A stretch of DNA of 64,000 bases from Octopus sinensis (Eukaryota). Positions within the stretch are counted from its first letter, which is position 1; the number at the start of each line of letters is the position of its first letter. This document shows positions 23,801 through 36,200 of this stretch, in pieces. Under the pieces are notes generated by a model. The model was not told the DNA's origin. It saw only the letters and a list, made by a program, of their open reading frames with translations, and ran no database searches. The DNA lies in contig NC_043015.1 in NCBI RefSeq assembly GCF_006345805.1, forward strand, positions 16,802,001 to 16,866,000. The letters run 5' to 3'. Both the position numbers and the translations under genes were made by a program.

Positions 23801-26800
23801 TCAGTGCCAAGGAAAATCAGACTGAGAATGAATGAAGAAATAATGAAGTCAATGGAGGTCAGTCAAGGATCAATGAAACACCCACCCTGATGGTTGAAGA
23901 ACAGGTTGTCAAAGACACAAGCCAATTTGTGAACCTTGGCAATGTCCTGTGTTACCATGAAAATGCTACAACTAATACCAAATGCAAAATTGAAAATCCA
24001 AAATCTGTTCCATGAACACACTGTACAATATCATTATACTACCAATGACGCTATGAGTGAAAGGTAAAAGAAAACTGAAAATCACCAAAATGTTAGATGC
24101 TTTTCACCAAAGATGCTTGAGAAAAGTCTGGAAAATTTCATACTATGATTATATCAGAAACCAAGAAGTCTTATGAAGAACTTCATTGCAAAACCCCACC
24201 AAGAAATAATGACATAAGACAAAGACGGCAACTGCTTGGCAACATCTTGCAACAACCAGATCATCAATATGCTATAAAAGTAGTGAGACAGGCATGAACA
24301 AGAGAAAGGAAAAGATGGGGAAGACTACAGGACCATGTGGTATTGAATATTTAAAGAGAACTTGAAGACTGTTCGCACTGGGAAAATATAGAACACACAA
24401 CTAATTGAGAACACTGGGAATTGCCACCTGATGTACAAACATGCATGGATGAACTCACTGGTATAACAACTGGAAATTAACCACTACACAAAATATAAAC
24501 AAAAGGAGGACCAATAAGGGAAAATTTGAGCATTTTTTGCCATAAATATCAAACAAAATCCATAGCAATAGTAGCTTGAGTGGCACAGCAAGAAATGTAA
24601 TATAGTATTGCCATGTTATGTTATATTTTAATAGGCAAGCAACTGGTAGTGTCTATTTTCTCTCCACGTATTGTTGGCTGTTGTGTCTTCTGAGACACTG
24701 TTATTCTTTGATAGGCTCTATTGTGTTGAGTCAAAAGTTTTGCAAAATTTTGCTACCTTGTTTGCTTTAATCATCAAGTTGCAACAAAAGCAATTAAACA
24801 TCCAAAGTAGAGGCCATCGTGTTGCACCATCTGCAAGTTCTTTGATCCACAGATACCAGTTCTTGCCATTCGAACCAAAGAACTCCTTCACTGAAGCTTC
24901 CATCTCCTCTTGGTTGAAGAAGTGTTGTGAACACAGGAAGTGAGCCATGGATTGTAACAAATGATAATCCAAGGGAGCTAGGTTCAGACTATATGCTGAG
25001 TGTGGCATCAGTTTCATTTCAAGTTCCTGGAGTTTATTCTAGGTAATTAGAGTGGTATGAAGTCCTGCATCGTCTTGCTGCAGAAGAGCTCACTTTGTGT
25101 TAAGCAATGCTGGGTATTTTTGCAGTACAATGGTATACTCCACTCCAACAAGTTGGTATTGATGGTTTAACCCTCCAAGCAATAACAGAGGAATTCAAGA
25201 CAAGCTGCCCTTGAGAGTTCCTCTATGCTGATGACTTTGCTAATAGCTGACTCACTACCAGAACTAGAGAAGAAGTTTCAGGTGTGGAAGCAAGGTCTAG
25301 AATCGAAGGGCCTTCAAGTCAATCTAGCAAAAATGAAAGTCTTAGTAATTAGAAAATCATTTCAGGCAGAAGGCTCTGCTCAATTTGTAGAAAAGGCATA
25401 GGTATAAACTCCATAAGATGTAAGCTATGGACACATAAGAGGTGCAGCAATATCAAAGGAAGGTTAACTGGGAAGATAGTTTTTCGGTGTAGCAGATGTA
25501 TAGATGCAATAAATACCAAAGATATACGGAAAACAGATTCCATCACATGCCAGAGGGAAAAAAAAGCACCCACTACACTCATGGAGTGGTTGGTGTTAGG
25601 AAAGGCATCCAGCTGTAGAAACCATGCCAGATCAGACTGGAGCCTGGTGCAGCACCCAGGCTTGCCTGTCCCCAACCAAACCCATGTGAGCTTGGAAAGC
25701 AGACATTAAAACAATGATGATAATAAACACACAGTGAATTATCTCCTCATAATTCTACCAGACACAAAGCATTATCTTGTGTTCAAAACATCTGTATTTA
25801 GTAACAAGTTCTGGAAGCTGGTTCTTATTTAACCACTACTTATGCATGTTAGGATTGCAGAAAAATATCTCACTCAGATTATTGTTCCAATCCATGACCA
25901 CACTTCCTGCTCTCACAATGCTTCTTCAACCAAGAAGAGCTGGAAGCTTCAGTGAAGGAGTGCTTTACCTTGAAAGACAAGAACTGGTATCAGTGTGGTA
26001 TCAAAGAACTGGCAGAAAAGTATCTTCAGACAGTGCAACATGATGGCCTTTACAATGAATGCTAGGCTGCTTTTGTAACTTGACAAATAAAGCAAGTTAC
26101 CAAAATATTGCAAAACTTTTAACTCAACACAATATTTTTAATCTTGCTGGGTCCCACACACCCTCTTCACCTGGTAAATTGAGTGGATTTGACTGTAGCA
26201 GGTAGAATCTAAGCTAACAATAATATGAATATAATAATGGGCATTAGGATGCCATATAATCTAATTTTATACACTTAATATTAAAATATACTATTTCAAA
26301 TTAGAAACTATCTGTAATTTGAATTTACCTATCAGTTTAATGATGAATTCTGCATAATCATATTGAGTTAACCCATAGATAATGCATTTTTTTCACTTGC
26401 ATGAACTAAAATTTGGAGGGGGGGGGGATAAACTACCTGCATCAACTTGCTGTAAAAGCAAGTAGTAATTTTACCATGTCCTTATTCTTAGTGCAAGTTT
26501 TGAAGAGTGCATTCGATTTTAACAGTTTTAAGCTATAATGGAAGTGACAAAGGAGCATATTATGCTTTATGAGTTCAATAAAGGCAACAACGCAACAGAA
26601 AGTGCAAGGAATATTAATGCAGTATATAGGTATTGGACAATAAGAGTAAGACAGTGTCAATGGTGGTTCCAGAAATTCTGAGCCAGAAACTACAGCCTAG
26701 AAGACGAGCCTCATCCTGGAAGATCTGTAGAGCTCAACAAGGATGTCCTGCAAACCCTGGTGGAACAAAATCCCATTGTAACTGTTGAGGAATTAGCAGA

Positions 26801-29800
26801 GAAGCTTGAATTTGGTCATTCAATCATCCATCGGAAATGTCAGGAAATTGGGTCAATGGTTCCTCACAAACTTTCCAAGTTTAATCACATTCAGAAAGTG
26901 AATGTGTGCTCTTCTTTGCTGTCACATCTCACGAATGAACTTTTTTGGACTAAATAGTGAGTGGTGGTGAGAAATGGATTCTCTATAAAAATGTTAAGCA
27001 CCAAAGACGGTGGGTAAGGAAAGGAGAAACACCGACATCCCAGGCTAAAGAAGGTCTTCACCTATGTAATGTTTTGTTATCTGTTTGGTGGCATATGAAA
27101 GCTTTAGTCCGCTTTGAACTTTTAAACCCAAACCAAATGGTAACAAAGGAGATCTACTGTGAGCAGCTCAAGCGGCTTAAGTCAGTGCTAGAAGAAAAAC
27201 GACCATCTTTGGTTTCAAGACGAAAAGTGTTTTTCCATCAGGATAATACTCAGTCACATACAGCAAGGATGACATTCTAAAGGCAGAAGCAATGTGAATG
27301 GCAAATGAAGCCCCACCCACCATATTCTCCAGACATTACCTCATCTGATTATCATTTATTCCGCAATCTTTAAAATCCTTTGGACAGAGAAAATATGAAT
27401 TCTGTAGACAAGGTCAGAACAGTACTGGAGAAATATATTTCGTCATGGACAAGTGAATTTTGGAAGAGGGGCCTTGCAAGTCTACCAGATAGATGGAAGA
27501 GCATTGTAGAAAATGAAAGAGAGAATATTTTAGATTGAAAAAGAACTTTGTCTATCTTAATTTTCAAAAATAAACAAAGTATAAAAAACCACATTATTTA
27601 TGGGATGACCTAATATTAGTGAATTCCTATGTGTGTAAGAGAGAGAAATTCATTTCTTAATTTTCTTCAAACATTTTGATAAATTGTAGTCAGTAGCATG
27701 GGCTATTTTAGATATACATTAACTTGTACACTTTATACACTCTAAAGTTTTCTACATTTCACTGATTTTACCAATAATCTGAGTGGTTTTGAGACAAAAA
27801 TTCTGTTCATGTAAGAAACTTCTGTTGCATTCCAAACACCACTTTAATACATTACTAAAGAAAAGTTTTAATTGTTTTATGAAACCAGTCAAAATTTGTC
27901 ATTAATTTAATTGAAATAGAAATACAGTAATGAAGGGGTAAACAAGAACATTAACATATCAGCTGCTATTCAAATCAAACATTCTTTGGTTTAATATTTG
28001 TATAACTTTGGCAGAAAGGTTCTATACATATTTATAAAAGAATGGAAAATGGATATCATGAGATTCAGTTTTATTTAAATGAAGTAGAAGTGTCAACTAG
28101 GCTTCAAATGAGAATTGAAACTGCATCACTACTTTATAGTCAAGCACTTACATTCTGCTCATAGATAAATAATTAGAAAATACTTGCCTCTTCTCTTTCT
28201 GGAGTTAACAATATCACGGCACATTTTAGCAAATTCTGGATTAAGTTCAGAATTCACCACAGCATACGCCATATCTTTCAGGGCACAAACTCGGTGACGA
28301 ATAGCCTTTCCTAGATAAAACATATATGGAATTTCAGTATAATATAAAACATATTTTTATCATAGTGACTGCAGAATAAGAATTTAGTCATAGAATGTAA
28401 GAAAAATGAAATTTAACACATTAAATGTGGTTAATTCAATTTACAGCACAGTGATAATTTATATCAGCTTTTTGCATTTTCTTTTTAAATGAGAAACATT
28501 TTTTAAAAAAAAAACAAAATTCTTTAAAAGTAACATCATGCACATAAATTTCTCTAACAATATATCAAAAAAGTGGGGACAGCAAAGTGCAACACACATC
28601 CAAAGTGGGTTTTGTCAGCTATTTTGATAGGCAAGGTTGGTTATTATTTGCATAACAGGGAAAACTGTACATATTTGGAGCTTCATCAATGGTATTTATT
28701 GGAGGATACTGATAAGGTGAAATGCATAATATTTCTACTACTGTTATGAGAAAGTAACTATTTTGAAATGCATGCATCCATGAATCTAGGTGGAGGACAC
28801 TTGGAACTGACTTAGTGTGTTTATACCTTTTTGTTTACAGGGATAATTTTTCTCCATGACAAGATGCAATGAACAGCCTCAAGCATATATGAACTGGTAA
28901 AAGCAGTTTGATTTGAGCCCCTGAAACTTAAAGAAACCTAGCTCGTCGGGTTCAGTTAACCAATTGTTGAGTGTTGCTTTCTTTCATCCACTCACCTGTA
29001 CCTTTTACTTGCTGGGGCAACGCCTTAAATTTTTAATTTAATGAATTGACCCCAGTACCTATTTTGGTAAGGCTTGTACTTATTCTATTGAATGGCTAAA
29101 TTACGGGGGCATAAACACACTAACACTACTTGTCAAGAGGTGGTAGGGGTACAAACAAACACATACGTGCGTGCAGGCGCAGTGGGCTTCTTTTAGCTTC
29201 TGTCAACCAAATCCACTCAAAGGGTTTTGATCAGCCCGGGGGTGCAATAGAAGACAATGCCCAGAGTGCCATGCAATGGGAGTGAACTTGGAACCATGTG
29301 GTTGGGAAGCAAGAGTCTTACCACACAGCTAGGTGCTTTTTACGTGCCACCAGCACGGGGGCCAGGAGAAGCTGGCAACGGCCATGATCGGATGGTGCTT
29401 TTTACGTGCCACCGACAAGAGGCCAGTCGGGTCAGCGCTGGCAACGGCCACGTTTGGATGGTTCTCTTACGTACCACTGGCACTGATATCACAGGTGCAA
29501 TTTCCATTGATGTTGATCGATTTCGATTTTGGATTTTCACTTGCCTCAACAGGTCTTCAAAAGTAGAGTTTTGTGTTCCAAGAAGGAAAGGTATGCATAA
29601 GTGGACTGCCTACATCCCAGGTAGAGGCCATGGGTTATGGTCTCACTTGTCCTGCCAGGTCTTCTCACGCACAGCATACTTCCAAAGGTCTCGGTCTCTA
29701 GTCATCCCCTCGGTGAGACCTAAAGTTCGAAGGTCGTGCTTCACCACCTCATCCCAGGTTTTCCTGGGTCTACCTCTTCCACAGGTTCCCTCAACCGCTA

Positions 29801-32800
29801 GGGTGTGGCACTTTTTCACACACCTATTTTCATCCATTCTCGCCACATGCCCATACCAGCGCAAACGTCTCTCTTGCACACAACTGATGCTTCTTATGTC
29901 CAACTTTTCTCTCAAGGTACTTACACTCTGTCGAGTATGAACACTGACATTACACATCCATCGCAGCATACTGGCTTCATTTCTTGCGAGCTTACGCATA
30001 TCCTCAGCAGTCACGGTCCATGTTTCACTGCCATTGTAGCATGGTTATTCGTACATACATCATGCAGTCTGCCTTTTACTCTGGGCGAGAGGCCTTTTGT
30101 CACCAGCAGAGGTAAGAACTCTCTGAACTTTGCCCAAGCTATTCTTACTCTAGCAGTTACACTTTCAGCACATCCGCCCCCGCTACTGACTTGGTCACCT
30201 AGGTAACAGAAGCTATCAACTATTTCTAGTTTTTCTCCCTTGAATGTGGCGGAAGTTGGTCTCAGAGCATTTTCAGTGATTATTGTTCCTGAGCATCTGC
30301 CACATACAAAAACTATCTTCCTAGTTAGCCTTCCTTTGACATTGCTGCACCTCTTATGTGTCCATAGCTTACACTTGGTGCACCTTATAGAGTTTCTACC
30401 TACGCCTTTTCTACAGATCGAGCAGGGCCATCTACCTGAAGGCGTTTGTGATTTGTCTACCTTCCTACTTATTAGGACTTTGGTTTTGGCTAGGTTGATT
30501 CTAAGGCCCTTCGATTCTAAACCTTGCTTCCACACCTGAAACTTCTCCTCCAGTTCTGATAGTGACTCAGCAATTGTAAATACCTTTACAATTAATTTGT
30601 AAATATGAACCATCCGATCTTCTGATTACCTCATTTCTTCTAATATGTATACATATATATATATACATACCAACAATATATATACATATATATATACATA
30701 CCAACAATATATATACATATATATATATACATACCAACAAGGGCAGATAATATACTGGATCTCTGCTTCACAAACAATATGGATATTATCCATAATGTTA
30801 AAGTGATGCCGACAATGATCTCGGATCACAACATAATAGAGCTGTCTATGTATAGACCAAAAGCCCCCGCAGATACACAGCCTATACGAAGCATCCACAA
30901 TCTCTCCAACTTAAACTTTCATAAAGCAAATTGGAAGTTGATCGAGAAAGAGATCCTCAAACAGGATCGACCTAAATGTCTCTCCACACCGGACATTAAC
31001 ATGAAACTCAAACGCTTCATGTCCATAATACAAGCCATATGTGACAAATATGTCCCAGTGTGCAGGGCCAGCACACACAAAAACAAAAACAGGATCCCTA
31101 GAGAAAGGAAGATTCTTATGAGACAACGGACAAGGATTGCGAACCGCCTGAGCAAGCACACCAAAAGTGGTGAGAAGTCTCGGCTCGAGAGAATGCTAAT
31201 GGAAATTGAGAAAAGTCTGCATCAGTCTCATGAAAAGGAGAGAGCAGATAAAGAAGCTTGGGTATTAGAAAATATATAGTCAAACCCTAAAGCTTTCTTT
31301 AAGTTTGCCAAAGAGACAGCCACAGTGCACCAGAGAATAGGACCTCTCTCCCAAAAAGATGGCACTCTCACAGGAAATCCCATGAGGATAAGTGAAATAC
31401 AGAACGAACAGTTCCAAAGTGTGTTCACTACACCTCTAGGACACAGGCAAGTAAACAACCCTGAAGAATTCTTTGCCACTATACCTGCGGCCAAAGAGGC
31501 AAAAATTGAGTACATCAACATTGAAGATGATGATATCGCACTGGCCATAGATGAGATTGACACAAACTCAGCTGCTGGACACGAGCCCTTGCAAAACTGC
31601 TACAGCTTCTTTTTCAGAGCTTTCTTGCAAGTGGTAAGCTCCCGGTCAAATTGAAAGAGGGGGTAATATGCCCTATCCATAAGGGAGGAAGCAGAGCAGA
31701 TGCTAAAAATTATAGGCCTATCTCTCTGACCGCACACAGTAAAGTCATGGAACGAATAGTCCGTAAGAAACTAATCATGTTCCTTGAAGAAAATGACTTG
31801 CTGACTGACACCCAGCATGGATTTCGACCAGGTAGAAGCTGCCTAACATAGCTCCTGCAACACTATGACTGGGTGTTAAAACAGCTACTAGCTCAAATGT
31901 GGATGTGATATATCTTGACTTTGCAAAAGCCTTTGATAAAGTCGACCACGGTATGATTTGTCACAAACTGCGTGGTCTCGGCATAGGCGGAAAACTTGGA
32001 GAGTGGCTGCACAACTTCCTAAAAGATAGAAGGCAGGCAGCTGTGATCAATGGAGCCACCTCCAAGGAAACACAAATAACAAGCGGTGTTCCACAGAGCA
32101 CTGTCTTGGGGCCACTGCTGTTAATAGTGGCCCTTTCAGACATGCCCTCAGTTGCTAAGATGGCCACCCTTGCTAGCTATGCAGATGACAGAAATGTCTC
32201 CCACACAATACAAAACCCTGGAAATATTGCACATCTGCAACAGGAGTTGGATACAATATACAGGTGGGCTGAGGACAACAACATGCAGTTTAATGCAGGT
32301 AGGTTCCAGGCCCTGCGCTACCGGCACACAAAGGTAAATGACATGCAGACTGGATACACTGGCTTGGGAAGAATTGCAATCCCTGAGTCAAAATCAGTGC
32401 ATGACCTGGGCAGTGACATGAGCAATGATGCATCTTTCCTAGTGCATATTACTAATCTGGTGATAAAATGCAGACGGCTAGCTGGATGGATTTTCCAAAC
32501 TTTCAGAACAAGAGAGAAGGAGACACTGATGGTCCTCTGGAAAACTTTCGTTCTCAGCCGCTTGGACTACTGCTCCCAACTATGGTCACCACACAATATA
32601 AAGCTAACAGCAGGACTCGAAGCAATTCAAAGAAGCTACACAAAGAAGATCGTCTCAATGCAACATATCAGCTACTGGGAAAGACTGAAAGAATTAAACC
32701 TCTTCTCCCTAGAGCGAAGGCGGGAGAGATATGCAGTGATATACCTCTGGAAAATCCTGGAGGGTCTTGTCCCAAGCTTTGGCATTCAAAGTTACCCCAA

Positions 32801-33183
32801 CTGCAGAACGGGGCGCCACTGCATGGTGCCAAAGATTCCAACATCATCATCAAAATACAGGACCAGATACTGCAACAGCTTGGGTTTCAGAGGACCACAG
32901 CTCTTTAACATCCTCCCTAAATGCTTGAAAGACTTGCATGATGTGGATGTGGGTTTCTTTAAAACTAAACTGGATCTCTTCTTGTCGGGGGTCCCAGATG
33001 AACCTACCTCATGACAGGAGACACAGATGCGGGCAGCGGCATCGAATTCCCTTGTTGACCAAGTGCCACATATCAGAGGCGGATTCACATATTAGTGTAG
33101 CTCATTCAGCGGTAGTGCCCCAGCATGGCAGCGACCTTCGGGCTAAAACATTTTTAAGGATTTATATATACACACACACACAC

Positions 33184-33214
<31 letters not shown>

Positions 33215-36200
33215 TACATATATACATACATACATACATATATATACATACATATATACATACATACATATATATATAAATGGGACATGCCAGTTGTTTT
33301 CTCAACAATGTGAAAGGAGCAGCATCGCTCACCAACAATCAATACATGTCGTTGTCTCAACTGGTATTATTCATTTCCAATATTCTGAGAAAATATTTGG
33401 CCATGCAACCATTTTTCTTTTTTTATAGATTTCAGTACGTCATGTTATTTTACTTTATGTGTAACTTGGTTTATATGCACTCCAGTTCAGTTGAAAAAGC
33501 AATAATAAGCACATTTGTTCTTCACTACAATGCTGTTATTTATCCTCAATGAGTATTAGCTAGTAATTTATTCTATATTGTAATATTCTAACAAACTTCC
33601 ATCACAGACCTAAGTAAAACCTTTTATGTTGCAATGGCACAAGCAAAAACGTTACAATTGTTATAAGAACCCAATCTAAATCCACAATCATTAAAACAAG
33701 TAGTAAATGTTTACTTTTGTTTTTTTTTTTTTGCAAGGTTTGCGACAAGAAGGGCATCCGACTTCAGAAAAGCTACCCACCCCTGCAAACATGGAAAAAC
33801 AGATGCAACAAGATCATGATAGTGATAAAATAGATTCTAAACATTTCAAAATGAGTTAATAAAACCAAATATATTGAAACTCTATAAAACAAAAATCCTT
33901 CATAAAAAATTAATTTAAGAATAAAATCTTATGTTAATCAGAACCCACCTGTACTATCACTGTCTGGATTATATTCCAAAGCATTGCGCCATATTAAGTC
34001 AATATCATCCAAAAACTCTTGAGCAGTCGGATACATTTCATTGTCAATTTTTTTAAGCATTGAATTCAAATCCATTGGTTCCTTCACAATATCATAATAA
34101 TCTGGAACCTATAACATTATTTCTAGAAGAATTAGCATGTATTGGATATAAAAAAAAAAGGACAGCAGTCAAAACAACAATTTCAAAGTTAATAAATAGA
34201 GACAATTCCAAAGTTGATATAACTTGAAAACTTTCTATTCATATGGTTCTGTTAAACAATGCGTTACATTCTAATATCCATTCTTGTGGTTGATTTAATG
34301 CTCACCACATCTACAAAGTTCTAAAATAAAAAAATTTTCACCACAATGAAGTAGATAAGCAAAATCTAAAAGCAGACATTCAAAAGAAAATATTTGACTG
34401 CAGGAAACATTTTTTTAAACATTAAATTAGAAATACAAACAATATGATCTCAAGAATTTTTCAGAAATTATAAAGCCACTTACATCCTCAATGTCAACTG
34501 GTCGCATAAAGATAGCAAATTTGCGACATTTAGCAAGCTTATTCCATATATCTCTTAAGAAGAGTCTTAGCTCCCTTAGAGTTGCTTCTTCATGGCTTTT
34601 AAGTTTTGCCAATTCAGTCTCTGTTAGTTTGCGAGGAACAGGGGGTGGTGCACGTGGTAATTCTTCAAAGACTCGAGCTGAAATAAATGGACAATTGAAT
34701 GAAGATAAAATCATGTGAGTGGATATTTAAAAAAAAAGAAGAAATATTGGTGGATACTTAAAAAAAGAAGAAATAAACAACTCATTCTATGGAAGTAATA
34801 AAAGAAATAGTTTGAATTCTAAATTCCATCCCCTCAAAAATGTGACATATTCTTAATAGTGAATATGAAGAACTATGTCCTTTATATTGTACACAAAGAA
34901 GCAAACTTGCAAGATTAGGTATCCACATACAATTATAGAAGATGAATGAAAAAATAGTGATGACTGATGCATTATTTAATAACACAGAAAATGTCAAACA
35001 TTTTCAATCAAGCTGTTTTATTCCAACAAGAGATTTACAAATGAGTACTCTTCTTATGCGCAATGAATTGTTAAATAAGATTCAGAACAAACACCACTAG
35101 GCATTTTCTCTGATTAAAATATTAAAATAAAGCAGTCTTGTGTATTAAAATAAGGTGGTCTTGTATATTTAAATAAAGTAATATGGTGGCATTCTTTAAT
35201 AAAATTATAAGATGGCTAATTCATCATCTTATTTTTATATACACAACAAGCAGCATAGCCCGGCGTTGCCCGGGTATGTAAGAGCCCCTAGTAGGTAACG
35301 ACTAATCCCAATCTAGTCCTTTCCCTCTAGGGAACGAAGGCGCATGTGTAGGTTGCAATGTCTTCTCTTCATTCCCAAATAACTATCAAACAGCTATCGA
35401 TAATTCAACCCAACCAATTCCTACCAGGAAGAAATTACATTCGAGACTTAACCCCCAACTTCTGCTAATAGCTGCTGCAGCCTCAAGTTATTCGAATACT
35501 TTTTTTGTTTAAACTTTCTTTATAACTACCACCCCAAACGTTTTACCTTAAATTTTTGACGTACCCTAAGGTACAGACGCTACTTGCAAACTCTTGGTTT
35601 ATTATAAACCGCTTTTGTCGTGTGCACCAAAAAACCTTTTCCATTCGTCTGTTCAGTTTGGTCACTTTTGACTTTTTCGTTGTTGTCACTCACATTGCTG
35701 CCCGCTATTTTGCCGTTTTTGTACATTTTGGGATACTTACCCCACGTGTTCCGAGAGTTAAAAAGGTTGAGTAGTGTCCCCTAGACAGACTGTGGTTTGT
35801 GTTTAATACACAAATCGGTTTGCTATGTGTGCCACATATGATTTAATTAACCAATTTTTTCCAGTAATAAAGTCTCCTATTGGAATAAAAAGGGACATAT
35901 AGCTCCTTGGAGCAGACATGATGCTCGCTGTGAATTTTAAAAAAAATTCCCGCCAATTTGTGAAAGATATTGTCGAAAATATGTCATCTTCAATTTGAAC
36001 GCAATTTCCCAAAATGGCATGATTTTATCGATTTTTTCTGATGGTAAGGTATTGCATGGAAAACTAACGTCAGAATTAAGTTTCCTAGGGTAACATTAAG
36101 CTTCACCATGAGTTTGGTGAAAATAGATTGCAAGTTGCGAAAACTACAACAGAAAATGTGTTGCATATAAAAAGCTTACATTCTCGACCCCATGTCGAAT

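Noticed and set aside
26363-27613. Intact or domesticated mariner transposase
   Set aside because: Several stops and frameshifts split the ORF. The same holds for the other mariners, the CR1, the RTEs and the Gypsy pol.
28182-28183. Canonical GT donor 4 nt downstream of the GC donor
   Set aside because: Gives phase 2 and an immediate in-frame TGA on joining to 21811.
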